This document shows positions 53,602 to 64,000 of a stretch of DNA of 64,000 bases, piece by piece. Each line of letters begins with the position of its first letter. Position 1 is the stretch's first letter. Below the pieces are notes generated by a model that saw only the letters and a list, made by a program, of their open reading frames with translations, was not told where the DNA came from and searched no databases. Position numbers and translations under genes: made by a program. The stretch comes from an uncultured Methanosarcinaceae archaeon (GTDB lineage Archaea > Halobacteriota > Methanosarcinia > Methanosarcinales > Methanosarcinaceae), in assembly GCA_963727895.1 (NCBI GenBank), contig CAVSHT010000008.1, positions 96,001 to 160,000 on the forward strand, read 5' to 3'.

Positions 53602-55503
53602 ATGGAAAAATACGATTATAGTGAACTTGGGCTGAAAGCCGGGCTTGAAATTCACCAGCAGCTGGATTCAAAGGAAAAATTGTTCTGCCGGTGTCCTACC
53701 CTGATAAGGGATGTCAAGGATTCGGACTTTGAGTTTTTCAGGTATCTAAGGGCTACTGAAAGTGAGATGGGAGAAAAGGACAGAGCTGCTGTAGAGCAGA
53801 CAAAGATCAGGAGGAAGTACATCTATAAGGCTTATGACACCACCTGCCTTGTAGAAAATGATGAGGAGCCTCCAAGAGAACTCAATAAAGAAGCTCTGGA
53901 CATCTCTCTTGTAATTGCAAAACTTTTTAACATGAATCCAGTTGACCAGATGCACGTCATGAGGAAAATTGTCGTGGATGGGTCAAACACTAGCGGATTT
54001 CAGAGAACTGCTTTTCTTGCAAGCAATGGGTGTATTGAAACCTCAGACGGTCGCTGCGGGATTGACAGTCTCTGCGTAGAAGAAGAAGCTGCCCAGAAAG
54101 TAGAGGAAATCGGGGACTCCATAATTTATTCCCTTGACCGATTAGGAATCCCACTTGTAGAGATTGCAACTGCACCGGATATCAAGTCTCCTAGCCAGGC
54201 AAAAGAGGTTGCCGAGCAGATAGGAATGGTCCTCAGGTCCACAGGAAAAGTAAAGAGAGGACTTGGCACAATCAGGCAGGACGTTAATATCTCAATTGCC
54301 GAAGGAGCAAGAGTAGAAATAAAAGGCGTTCAGGCTCTTGACCTCATAGAAGACATTGTCCGCAGGGAAGTTGAAAGGCAGTTGAATCTTCTTTTCATCA
54401 GGCAGGAACTCATGGAAAGAAAAGCTTTCGTCTGTGAAGAAATCTATGATGTAACAGGGCTTTTCGTAGATACAAAATCGAAAGTTCTACAAAAAGGCAT
54501 AAAAAAAGGTGCAATCCTAGCTGCTCTTCTCAGGAAATTCGACGGGCTTGTAGGCAAAGAAGTCCAGCCCGGAAGAAGGCTAGGAACAGAATTTTCTGAC
54601 AGGGCAAAAACGGCAGGTGTTGGAGGGATTTTCCACACAGATGAACTCCCCAATTATGGAATTACCGAAAAGGAAGTTAAGGCTTTAAGGGATGCAATAG
54701 GCGCACACCCCGGAGATGCCGTAATAATGGTTGCTGATGATCCCGAAAAATCAAGGCTTGCAATTGAAGCGGTTATTGAAAGGGCAAAGGAAGCCATAAT
54801 AGGAATTCCTGAAGAAACTCGAAGAGCTCTGCCCGATGGAAACACTGCTTATATGCGTCCCCTTCCGGGTGCAGCAAGGATGTATCCTGAAACCGATGTG
54901 CCGCAGATCGAAATTTCACAGGATTACTTTGATTCTATTGAGGTTCCAGAACTTCTTACTGAACGGGCTAAGCGTTTTGTTTCCGAAAATGGTTTAAATG
55001 AAGAGCTTGCCGGAAAAATAGCTTATTCAAAGTATCTTCCTCTCTTTGAAAGCTTGATTGAGACTTACGGAAAAGATGAAACTGTAAACTCAACCCTTAT
55101 TGCCAGAACTCTTGTCGGAATCGTTCCAGAAGTCCGTAGAAATGGAGTTGATACCGAAAACCTTACAGATGAACATTTCATAGGTCTTTTTGTAGCTATT
55201 TCAAACCAGGAAATCGCAAAAGAAGCTATTCATGACCTTTTGACAGCTCTTGCAAAAGAGCCTGAACTAAGCGTGTCAGAAGCAATTTCAAAGCTTGGGC
55301 TGAGTGCTTTTGACCCCGAAGAGGTAGAAAAATTCATCAAGAAAACAGTAAAGGAAAGGGAAGACTTTATTAAGGAAAAAGGTCCTGCAGCTCTTGGTCC
55401 TCTCATGGGCATTGTCATGAAGGAATACAGGGGCACAGTTGATGGAAAAATCCTTAGTCAGATGCTAAAAAAGGAACTGGATAGTTTCATCAGCCAAGGG
55501 TAA
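53602..55503 (+). CDS. gatE: Glutamyl-tRNA(Gln) amidotransferase subunit E
   Basis: [32 protein letters not shown] and [11 protein letters not shown]. Confidence 0.98.
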   Translation: MEKYDYSELGLKAGLEIHQQLDSKEKLFCRCPTLIRDVKDSDFEFFRYLRATESEMGEKDRAAVEQTKIRRKYIYKAYDTTCLVENDEEPPRELNKEALDISLVIAKLFNMNPVDQMHVMRKIVVDGSNTSGFQRTAFLASNGCIETSDGRCGIDSLCVEEEAAQKVEEIGDSIIYSLDRLGIPLVEIATAPDIKSPSQAKEVAEQIGMVLRSTGKVKRGLGTIRQDVNISIAEGARVEIKGVQALDLIEDIVRREVERQLNLLFIRQELMERKAFVCEEIYDVTGLFVDTKSKVLQKGIKKGAILAALLRKFDGLVGKEVQPGRRLGTEFSDRAKTAGVGGIFHTDELPNYGITEKEVKALRDAIGAHPGDAVIMVADDPEKSRLAIEAVIERAKEAIIGIPEETRRALPDGNTAYMRPLPGAARMYPETDVPQIEISQDYFDSIEVPELLTERAKRFVSENGLNEELAGKIAYSKYLPLFESLIETYGKDETVNSTLIARTLVGIVPEVRRNGVDTENLTDEHFIGLFVAISNQEIAKEAIHDLLTALAKEPELSVSEAISKLGLSAFDPEEVEKFIKKTVKEREDFIKEKGPAALGPLMGIVMKEYRGTVDGKILSQMLKKELDSFISQG

Positions 55504-55844
55504 TCCCTTCCTATTTTTTCAATTTTCACGCTTCATTTTTATTTTTCATCCCCTTCTCTTAGTTTTAATTTAGGTCTGAAAAAATATAACCTTTTATTAT
55601 TGTTTTTTAGACTAATATTTATATTAATTAATATCTATTTTGAAACTAAAATGATCCTATTCTTACAGAAAAACATCTAATTATCATGGATAAAAGTTAA
55701 CTTTTTATATTAATTGAGACATTTATACTATTAACTGTGGAGTATTAAAGTAGCTGAAATTTTGTTACTTCTCAATTGGGAGATGATAACTGATATAACG
55801 GTCCAAAAAAGATTAAAAAACAATAATTTAAGGAGTAAATCGCC

Positions 55845-56228
55845 ATGAAAGTGTTGCTTGTAGATGATGATCCTTTGTTTTTGGAGCTATCAAAAACTTT
55901 CTTAGAAGTTTTCCATGACATAACTTCAGATACTGTGAACTCTGCAAGGGAAGCCCTTCAGAGATTGGAGATCAGTTCTTATGATGTTGTAATTTCGGAT
56001 TATGACATGCCTTTTATGGATGGAATTGCGTTTTTGAAGACAATTCGTGATAAAAAAATTAATATTCCTTTTATCCTGTTCACAGGTGTGGATAGAAAAG
56101 AACTTATGCGTCAGGCAATCGAAAACGGTGCAAGTTCCTTTATTGAAAAAATAGGAGATCCAAAAGCTCAATATACAGAGTTGTCTGAAAAAATATATCA
56201 GGTTGTCAGCAGCAGTACAGGCTACTAA
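55845..56228 (+). CDS. Single-domain response regulator receiver
   Basis: LLVDDD, SDYDMPFMDG, FTG and IEK. Confidence 0.92.
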   Translation: MKVLLVDDDPLFLELSKTFLEVFHDITSDTVNSAREALQRLEISSYDVVISDYDMPFMDGIAFLKTIRDKKINIPFILFTGVDRKELMRQAIENGASSFIEKIGDPKAQYTELSEKIYQVVSSSTGY

Positions 56229-56389
56229 AAAGAACAAAAGAAGGACATTTAACCTTGAGGTAGCTTTCAACCAATTTCTTAATGCTTAATATTATGTATT
56301 TTACTTTCAATAGCTTTGCTAATTTCTGCTTTTGTGCTTTTTAAAAATTATTAGGAAATTCTGAAATTTATTATTCTTTTCCTTATTGT

Positions 56390-56732
56390 GGCTTTGTAGA
56401 AATCCTTAATATAACCTTAATTTGACAAAAATTGTTAATTACTAAAGTAATTTTTTACAAAAACACTTTGTATCGGTATAGAATTTTGTGGAAAACTGGA
56501 AATATCAAAACTCAAAGAACGTAGTATATAAATTACAGTTGTAGAGAAAAATGTAAGCATGCAGCTGATTTAGTCATTATAATATTTATGATTCTGTAAA
56601 ATTCGGGATATAATGCAAATTATTTTTATAGTTTTTCTTTCTATGTTGTACACCATCAGTTTAATTTTTATTTTTTTACTTGATTACGTAACTCTCTTGC
56701 CCCAAGTGTTTTTAGAGTATTTTTACAAAGCC
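56390..56732. mobile_element. Longer non-autonomous element with GGCTTTGTAGAAAT ends
   Basis: TIR GGCTTTGTAGAAAT / ATTTTTACAAAGCC, related to the 12523 MITE ends; no target duplication seen. Confidence 0.6.
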
Positions 56733-56754
56733 CATCAAGCATATAGTGTATTTT

Positions 56755-56882
56755 GAGCCTATCCTAAAACTCAAAATTTGCTTATTAGGCATTCAATTTC
56801 ATATATTCAACCAAGCTCATGATTGTGAAAACAATTCCGAAAATTCCCAACAATTAAATAAAGTGGCTTTGGGGATAGGCTC
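56755..56882. mobile_element. MITE with IS5-like ends, copy 2
   Basis: Homologous to 7122-7251; TTT on both sides. Confidence 0.88.
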
Positions 56883-57336
56883 TTTAATAAAATCTGTTTT
56901 GACTCTATATTACATACTTATTTTCTTTTAACTCAGTGCAAGAAGAAAATTTTTGCAACATAATCTTTATGTTCCAAAATAGTTTTAGTAAAAAATCACA
57001 ATGTTTTTTAATTTTTAAATCAATTTCGTTTTGCAGGCCGACACAACCTTATATCTCAAAATCCTATAGTTAACCAAATTTCTGAAAAATTGTAATCATC
57101 GGCCTGCAAATATCTTTTTTTGATAGTGTCTTAAGGCATTTATTCTATTTGATTTACGCTAAGCTTCTCTTATTATTTCAGCTGAGGCATTTCTAATCTT
57201 TGACACAAATAGAAAAAGAGACTTTATCTTAATCAATTAAGAAAAACATGACTTAACACCCTATATATAAACTATTTTGATATGTTTAATTAATCATAAT
57301 ACTATTTAATTTTAGAAATATAGTTTGCAAAAAATC

Positions 57337-57468
57337 GGCTCTGTAGAAATCCTCAATATTCAGACGAAAATCAAAGTTAAAAATAATTCAAAATGTATTT
57401 TCACTTATAGAATAGATTTGCCGGTTTCAACCTACTGACAGTGGATTTGATAGGTTTTCTACAGAACC
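57337..57468. mobile_element. MITE with GG(T/C)TCTGTAGAAA ends, copy 2
   Basis: Homologous to 12523-12662; TIR GGCTCTGTAGAAA / TTTCTACAGAACC. Confidence 0.85.
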
Positions 57469-57520
57469 ATTCTGGAATATATTTATCTCCTAGAATATTC
57501 ATGTTTTTAAAGGGGATTTT

Positions 57521-59002
57521 ATGGTTCAGGAGTACAAGCTGTTTATAGGGGGAGAATTTAAAGACTCATCAACCGGAGAGGTTTTTGATGATCTAAATCC
57601 GGCTACTCTGGAAAATATGGCAACAATACAGATAGCTGGAGACGAAGACATTGACAGGGCAGTTGAGGCTGCCGAGTCAGGGTTCAGGTTATGGAGCAAG
57701 ATCCCTGCTCCTAAAAGGGCTGAGGTGCTCTTCAGGGCAGCGCGGATTTTGCAGGAAAGAAAGGAAGAGCTGGCTGTCCTTATGACGAAAGAGATGGGGA
57801 AGGTACTGCCTGAGACAAGAGGGGATGTACAGGAAGCCATAGATATCACAAATTATGCCGCAGGGGAAGGAAGGCGGATGCTTGGAGAAACAACGACTTC
57901 CGAACTCAAGGAAAAGTTCTGTATGACCTTGTTGAGGCCGATAGGAGTAGTTGGTTTAATAACACCCTGGAACTTTCCAATTGCCATTCCTGCATGGAAA
58001 ATCATGCCAGCTCTGATAGCCGGAAACGCTATCGTTTTTAAGCCTGCAAGTGATACTCCCCTGCTTGCCATTAAACTGGTAGAGGTTCTTATTGAGGCAG
58101 GTCTGCCTCCAGGAGTAATTAACTTAGTTCTCGGGCCTGGCATTACTGTTGGAAAAGCTGTAGTCCAGCATCCACGCATCAAGGCTATTTCTTTTACAGG
58201 CAGTCTTAACACCGGGAAATGGATAATGGAAGAATGTGCAAAAACCATGAAACGGGTTTCTCTGGAATTAGGTGGCAAAAACCCGGTAATTGTCATGGAC
58301 GACGCTGAACTTGAACTGGCTCTTGAGGGTGTTCTGTGGGGAGCTTTTGGGACTACCGGGCAGCGCTGTACTGCCACGAGCAGGCTGATTCTGCATGAGA
58401 AGATAAAAGACGAATTCATAAAAAGACTGCTTGCAAAAGTAAAAGTTCTAAGAATAGGTGACGGAATCCTTCCTGAAACGGATATCGGACCTATTATCAA
58501 CAAAGCGCAACTTGAGAAAATCGAGAGATACGTGAAAATAGGAAAAGAAGAAGGAGCAACTCTTCTTATTGGGGGAAACAAAATCGATTATGAGCTTCCC
58601 GGTTATTTTTTCGAGCCCACTTTATTTACAGACGTTAGACCGGAGATGCAGATTGCACAGGAAGAGATTTTTGGGCCAGTACTCGGGATCTTTACGATTT
58701 CAGACCTTGAAGAAGCAATTGAAATTGCAAATAATACCAAATACGGGCTTTCTTCAGCAATTTATACCAGAAATATAGGAAATGCTTTCAGGGCAATCGA
58801 GAAAATTGAAGCTGGAATTACATATATTAATGCCCCTACAATAGGAGCTGAAGTTCATCTTCCTTTTGGGGGTGTGAAAGGAACAGGTAATGGGTTCCGG
58901 GAAGCAGGGACTGATGCGGTTAAAGAATTTTCTGAGGAAAAAGCTGTCTATATAGATTACAGCGGTAGGTTGCAAAAAGCCCAGATAGATTCTTCTGAAT
59001 AA
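57521..59002 (+). CDS. NAD(P)-dependent aldehyde dehydrogenase
   Basis: ITPWNFP, SFTGS, LELGGKNP, GQRCTA and EEIFGPV. Confidence 0.96.
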   Translation: MVQEYKLFIGGEFKDSSTGEVFDDLNPATLENMATIQIAGDEDIDRAVEAAESGFRLWSKIPAPKRAEVLFRAARILQERKEELAVLMTKEMGKVLPETRGDVQEAIDITNYAAGEGRRMLGETTTSELKEKFCMTLLRPIGVVGLITPWNFPIAIPAWKIMPALIAGNAIVFKPASDTPLLAIKLVEVLIEAGLPPGVINLVLGPGITVGKAVVQHPRIKAISFTGSLNTGKWIMEECAKTMKRVSLELGGKNPVIVMDDAELELALEGVLWGAFGTTGQRCTATSRLILHEKIKDEFIKRLLAKVKVLRIGDGILPETDIGPIINKAQLEKIERYVKIGKEEGATLLIGGNKIDYELPGYFFEPTLFTDVRPEMQIAQEEIFGPVLGIFTISDLEEAIEIANNTKYGLSSAIYTRNIGNAFRAIEKIEAGITYINAPTIGAEVHLPFGGVKGTGNGFREAGTDAVKEFSEEKAVYIDYSGRLQKAQIDSSE

Positions 59003-59024
59003 AATTAGAGAACGTAAAGAAATC

Positions 59025-60455
59025 GTGGAGGAATGTATTCTGGCTCAGAAAAATTCTAAAGAATTTGAAAAGGCTCAAGGAATAGAAAGGCTGAGAAGAA
59101 ATTCCGCACAAAACAAAGGACATGATGATATATCTGGTCTTTATTTTTGTGGGGAGAAAACCGAACTTCTAGAGGTTAGCGGCCCAAAAGCTAGAGAAAT
59201 TATCGACCAAGACTGCAATATAACTTCAGCCTGTGCAGTTCGTCCCTATCCTCTGGTTGTAGACAGTGCAGAAGGTTCCATAATCAGAGATGTAGACGGA
59301 AGAGAATACCTTGACCTTGTTGCAGGGATTGCTGTCATGAATGCAGGATACTCCAACCCTCAGGTTAAAGCTGCAATCTCAACTCAGCTTGAAAAAATGA
59401 CTCAATGCGGATATGGGGATTTCTTTGCTGAGCCCCCTCTAAAGCTTTCAAAAAAGTTAAAAGAGCTTTCAGGTTATTCAAAAGTCTTTTATTGCAATAG
59501 TGGAACTGAAGCTGTGGAAGCTGCAATCAAGCTAGCTTTCTGGAAAACAAAAAGGCAGGGTATTGTCTCATTTTATAATTCCTTTCACGGTAGGACTCTG
59601 GGCTCTCTTTCTCTTACCTGCTCAAAAGTCAGGCAAAAGGAGCATTTTCCTGCGATCCGCACAGCTCATTCCCATTATGCTTACTGTTACCGTTGTCCCT
59701 TTAAATAAGAATATCCTTCTTGCGGGATCGAGTGTGCAAAAGAACTTGAAAATTTAATATTCAGGCGGGAACTGAGTCCAAAAGATACAGCTGCCGTTTT
59801 TATTGAGCCGGTTCAAGGAGAAGGAGGTTATATTGTTCCTCCTCCTGAGTTTCATAAAGAAATAAGGCAAATATGTACGGATAATGATGTTCTCCTTGTA
59901 GCTGATGAAGTACAGGCTGGTTGTTTCAGAACAGGCCCATTCCTTGCAATGGGAAATTTTGGGGTCAGAGCTGAGATTTCATGCCTTGCAAAAGCTCTTG
60001 GAAGTGGTCTTCCACTGGGTGCGATGCTTGCAGACCAGAAACTTATGGACTGGCCTCCTGGAGTTCACTCAAACACTTTTGGAGGAAATCTGCTGGCTTC
60101 AGCTGCATCTCTGGCTTCTCTTGAATTTTTGGAAAAGGAAAATACTGAGACTCGGGTAAAAGAACTTGGCTCCTTTATAAAGCAGCGCCTTTTGGAGCTT
60201 CAGGAAAACTTCCCCTGCATAGGGGATGTACGAGGTATTGGCTTGATGATTGGAATCGAAATAGTAAAACCCAATAAATCCATAGATTCCATAAAAAGGG
60301 ATAAAATTCTAATGGAAACCTTTAAAGAAGGAATCTTGCTCCTACCCTGTGGGGACTCAGTAATTCGTGTTTCTCCGCCGCTGGTTATTACAGATGAAGA
60401 AATCGAAATTGGCCTCGAAAAGTTTCAAACGGCTTTAAAAAAGGTAAGTATTTAA
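59025..60455 (+). pseudogene. Class III PLP aminotransferase (GABA/acetylornithine type) with one premature TAA
   Basis: NSGTEAVEAA and SFHGRT, then TAA at 59706-59708, then in-frame EPVQGEGG, ADEVQ and AKAL. Confidence 0.9.
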
Positions 60456-60505
60456 ATTTCTGAAATGAAACTCAAATTAAAGAGTACTAAATAATTTGAT
60501 TTTGA

Positions 60506-61867
60506 TCATACTTTAAGTGTTTCAGAGTTGTTTTCCATTTCTCCTAGCCACTGACAATATTCTTCCCTGTTAACCACTCCAACAGTAAATGCTATTCCAC
60601 TTGTTTCTACATATTCTTTTATTCTCTTAAAGGCATGGTCTACCATTCCACCAGCTGTAAGGATAAGACAACGTTTTCCGCAAAGTGCCATAAGGATCGT
60701 TTTGTCTATCACGCCTGAGGAAACGTCTAACCGGACTCCATCTTGCTCAGCAAGGGTTTTACTTTTCTTTCCCATTGCTCCAACAAAGGCAATTTCTCCT
60801 TCTTTAAGAATTTGTTTTATTTCTGGCAGTGAGTAGCTGTCAGTATCATAAATTAAAACTCCACCAGCTTTGATCCCTTTACGCTTTAACTCAACAATAG
60901 CCCTTCCATCCGGATGGATATGCAGTACAGTAGCGTTAACAGCTTCATAAGGAGACTGGGTAGCATATTGCCCGTACATAACCCCTAAGTTTAAACTATC
61001 TCCTTCTTTGACTCCCGGAGGAACATCGACCCATATAAGATCAATAGGTTTTAGAGTATTGACAAGTTCAGGAATGGTTTTTGGGGAATTTCCACCAGAT
61101 GCAAGTCCTCTTCTTTCTATTTCATGATATATCTCAAGGGTGATTGGTTGTCTAAGCCCAGTTTTTTTTAGGAGTTCTGAGTTTTTGAAAACCTCTGTCG
61201 GAATGCCCTGCCCTATTATTTTGCTGTTTGACAGTAAAAATATGTAATCAGACCAGCGGTATGCCAGATCCACATCATGAGTAGAGATAATAATAGTGCT
61301 CCCAAACTGGTTAAATTCGTTAAGTAAATCCACTATTTCATCCGCCCCTACAGGATCAAGATTAGAGAGCGGTTCGTCAAGGATAATTACTTCAGGTTCC
61401 ATTGCCATAATTCCGGCAATTGCAACACGTTTCTTCTGTCCTCCACTTAGGTGATGAGGCGGTTTATCTTTTAAACGAGAAAGCCCTACCTGTTCAAGGG
61501 CTTGGTGTACGCAAGTATCAATTCTTTCTTTTGAGTAACCCAGATTTGCCGGTCCAAAAGCTACATCCTGGTACACTGTTGGAGCAAAGATCTGGTCATC
61601 GGAATTCTGAAAAACAATTCCTATAGATTTTCGAATTTCCCGAAGGGATTTTGAATCGTACTTAATAGGAACTCCATGAAAAAGAACCTTACCTCCAGCT
61701 GGTTTTAGGGTTCCGTTAAGTAAAAGAAAAAGAGTGGACTTTCCAGAGCCGTTTTGTCCCACAAAAGCTATCTTTTTTCCTTTTTTTATTTCGATATTCA
61801 GATCTTGAATAGCTGCAGTCCCGTCCGGATATGTGTATTTAAGGTCCTTTGTCTCAAGAATAATCAT
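60506..61867 (-). CDS. cbiO: Cobalt ECF transporter ATPase with C-terminal extension
   Basis: [17 protein letters not shown] and ILDEP; last gene of the cbiMNQO cluster. Confidence 0.92.
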   Translation of the reverse strand: MIILETKDLKYTYPDGTAAIQDLNIEIKKGKKIAFVGQNGSGKSTLFLLLNGTLKPAGGKVLFHGVPIKYDSKSLREIRKSIGIVFQNSDDQIFAPTVYQDVAFGPANLGYSKERIDTCVHQALEQVGLSRLKDKPPHHLSGGQKKRVAIAGIMAMEPEVIILDEPLSNLDPVGADEIVDLLNEFNQFGSTIIISTHDVDLAYRWSDYIFLLSNSKIIGQGIPTEVFKNSELLKKTGLRQPITLEIYHEIERRGLASGGNSPKTIPELVNTLKPIDLIWVDVPPGVKEGDSLNLGVMYGQYATQSPYEAVNATVLHIHPDGRAIVELKRKGIKAGGVLIYDTDSYSLPEIKQILKEGEIAFVGAMGKKSKTLAEQDGVRLDVSSGVIDKTILMALCGKRCLILTAGGMVDHAFKRIKEYVETSGIAFTVGVVNREEYCQWLGEMENNSETLKV

Positions 61868-61878
61868 GATCTATTACC

Positions 61879-62661
61879 TCAAACGATGGATATGTTTTTT
61901 GCAAAATAAAACAGTGCAAGAGTTGAAAGAAAGTAGGCAGAGGTTAGAAGCAATTCTGTTGCCTTTACAGGTCTTTGAACCTCAAAAAGAGTCATTTTTC
62001 CGTCATAGCACCTGGAATTCATTGCCAGAAAGAGTTTGTCTCCCTGTTCCCAGGAACGAATGAAGAGAGTGCTTGCAAGCATTCCAATAGAATTTATAGA
62101 ACGCCTGAAGTTTGAGTATCCAAGTCTTACAGTCTGGGCATACCTTATGCAAAGGGCCATATCTAAGAAAACAAAGATGTACCTGTATATAAGCATTGAA
62201 AGTTCTATAAGAGATTCTGGGAGCCTGGCAGCTTTGAGTACGGCAAAAAGTTCGATCATGGGGGTTGTCAGTGCGAGAAAATAGAGACAACACATCCCGC
62301 TTATTGATCTTGCAAGCACAAGAATGGCAAGCTCAAATCCATCTGTTCTTACAGAGAGAGGATAACTGAGGAATTTGAATGACAACAATTCTGGTCCCGA
62401 TCCTGAAGAGAAGAGAATTATAAGAATACCTACAATAGCAAAGCCCAATGGAGCTAGCAAGAGTTTGAAATATGTTTTAAGAGGCGCTTTGCCAAGAGCC
62501 ACTGTTGAAAAGCTCATGCATAATGCTATAAAAATAGGGGGAATAGGGGATGTGGCTGAAACTCCTGCAAGTAAGCCGAATAATACTATCGCCAGTTTCA
62601 ACCAGTTGTTTCGGTGCCTTAGGGGGCTTATTAGGGCATAATCGTCAAGTATATTGGTCAT
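61879..62661 (-). CDS. cbiQ: Cobalt ECF transporter T component
   Basis: LIYRYIFV, QTVRLGY and AMNSRCYDG. Confidence 0.93.
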   Translation of the reverse strand: MTNILDDYALISPLRHRNNWLKLAIVLFGLLAGVSATSPIPPIFIALCMSFSTVALGKAPLKTYFKLLLAPLGFAIVGILIILFSSGSGPELLSFKFLSYPLSVRTDGFELAILVLARSISGMCCLYFLALTTPMIELFAVLKAARLPESLIELSMLIYRYIFVFLDMALCIRYAQTVRLGYSNFRRSINSIGMLASTLFIRSWEQGDKLFLAMNSRCYDGKMTLFEVQRPVKATELLLTSAYFLSTLALFYFAKNISIV

Positions 62662-62721
62662 AGAAAACCCGCAAATAAATGGCTGGAAATTAAAACTGAA
62701 CGTTAAATAAAAACTAGAAGA

Positions 62722-62753
62722 TAAAAGCTTTCCTCCCGTGAAGGAAGGAAAGC
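62722..62753 (-). terminator. Hairpin plus T-tract between cbiN and cbiQ
   Basis: GCTTTCCT 62727-62734 / AGGAAAGC 62746-62753, followed on the minus strand by TTTT. Confidence 0.5.
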
Positions 62754-62789
62754 GAACATGGCAAAGAAGAAAATGTATAAAGGGTATTT

Positions 62790-63137
62790 TTATAGTGACT
62801 GCTTTTCGGTTTTACTTTCGGTTTTACTTTCAGTTTTGAACCCAAGCTGTTTTTCATAGTTGCTTTTGGCCCTATAATATCCTAGGAAGTATCCAATGAT
62901 CCCTGCACCGAAAGCTGCCTGTAAAGCAAAAAGCAGGCTTTCAATTTCCGCGCTTGGAGGTTCCCAAATAGGATGTGCAATGGGTTTATAGGTTCCATTG
63001 GTAATTTGCTCAATGGTACCTGCAGGTTTGTCATCAGCTCCTCCATATTCAGCGTGTGTAGTCGAAGAGACATATACGAACTGAGCTACGAAAATTAGAA
63101 GGATAGCAAGTACTATAAGTTCTAGTTTTCTACTCAT
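62790..63137 (-). CDS. cbiN: Cobalt transport protein CbiN
   Basis: YGGADD and WEPPSAEIESLLFALQAA. Confidence 0.95.
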   Translation of the reverse strand: MSRKLELIVLAILLIFVAQFVYVSSTTHAEYGGADDKPAGTIEQITNGTYKPIAHPIWEPPSAEIESLLFALQAAFGAGIIGYFLGYYRAKSNYEKQLGFKTESKTESKTEKQSL

Positions 63138-63841
63138 GCAGAGAGCCCCCTAAGTTTTCTTACAAGTGGTTCTCCAAGAACTTTCATTTCAACTAATAAA
63201 TCACTTTTAGCTTCTACGATATACTTGAAAAGCAGTGAACTGACAGCACCTTCTACAATTGCCAGAGGTACCTGAGTAATTGCGAAAATTGCAACAAATT
63301 TGCTGAATGAACTGAAGAATCCTCCTAAAGTAAGTATTCCTCCTGCAGGAAATGCCAAAGCAAGTTCCGTAGAAGTCACAATGTAAGTAGCCCAGTCTCC
63401 AAGGGTTGCAGCCAAAAAGACAATTAAATAGAAATTAAGTTTGGCCTTCATTCCAGCCTTGTAGATCAGATATGATACTACCGGACCCGCGATACCCATC
63501 GAGAAGACATTTGCTCCTAGAGTTGTCAGACCACCATGCGCCAGGAAAAGAGCCTGATAAATAAGTACAATTACTGAGATAACTGAAGTAATAGCAGGTC
63601 CAAATATGATCGCACCTATGCCAGTTCCTGTTGGGTGAGAACAGCTTCCGGTAACCGAAGGCATTTTGAGTGAGGAGAGAACGAAAATAAATGCACCTGC
63701 AACAGCGAGCACAGGTAAAATTCCGCGTTCTTCTTTCACTAGCTTATTCAGTTTGTAAACACCATATGCTATAACTGGTATTGATACTACAAACCATACT
63801 ATACACCAGATAGCTGGTAAATACCCTTCCATTATATGCAT
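63134..63841 (-). CDS. cbiM: Cobalt ECF transporter S component
   Basis: MHIMEGYLP, GSCSHPTG and AHGGLTTLGAN. Confidence 0.96.
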   Translation of the reverse strand: MHIMEGYLPAIWCIVWFVVSIPVIAYGVYKLNKLVKEERGILPVLAVAGAFIFVLSSLKMPSVTGSCSHPTGTGIGAIIFGPAITSVISVIVLIYQALFLAHGGLTTLGANVFSMGIAGPVVSYLIYKAGMKAKLNFYLIVFLAATLGDWATYIVTSTELALAFPAGGILTLGGFFSSFSKFVAIFAITQVPLAIVEGAVSSLLFKYIVEAKSDLLVEMKVLGEPLVRKLRGLSA

Positions 63842-64000
63842 TGAATCACCATAAAAATAATAAAGTATATAAAAGGTATCAAGTAAATATTATTGAATGT
63901 AAGACAAGTTAAATTGCGTTAGTTTATATATAAATATTACGGTGATGAAAAACAGGGACACGAGGGCTTAAATAATGAGTTTAAAAGTAAAAATATTTCC

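Noticed and set aside
57526..58581. Long antisense ORFs opposite ALDH (similar ones lie opposite eno, vor, ior, gatE and the surface protein)
   Set aside because: Codon-bias shadows of well-supported genes on the other strand.
63842..64000. Cobalamin riboswitch upstream of cbiM
   Set aside because: No B12-box or structured GC-rich sequence in the available upstream region.

Overview
AT-rich archaeal genomic window, most likely Methanosarcina, judged from gatE, vor/ior operons, a PGF-CTERM surface protein, a HisKA_2 kinase and the IS content. Intact housekeeping blocks (eno, acyl-CoA synthetase plus vorCBA, iorAB plus phenylacetate-CoA ligase, an RbgA-like GTPase, a Nif3-like protein, gatE, aldehyde dehydrogenase, cbiMNQO) alternate with heavily decayed accessory DNA. 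The accessory DNA holds six copies of a short IS1 element, a longer IS1-family element, two IS110 copies, IS6, IS630, an IS200 remnant, several MITE families and many pseudogenes. The top finding is that both IS110 copies sit at the same nucleotide of IS1 insA. Their 5' non-coding end folds, by eye, into a bridge-RNA-like structure whose loops match both that IS1 target and the element's own end junction, and the four unoccupied IS1 copies all carry mismatches to the target guide. Other notable items are a perfect 68-bp inverted repeat upstream of the regulator/acyl-CoA synthetase/vor cluster, an MCM-like protein lacking its ATPase motifs, a divergent ThyX-like gene followed by a GC-rich structured element, and a perfect 15 x 16-bp tandem repeat. 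All calls come from reading the sequence; no database searches or folding programs were run.
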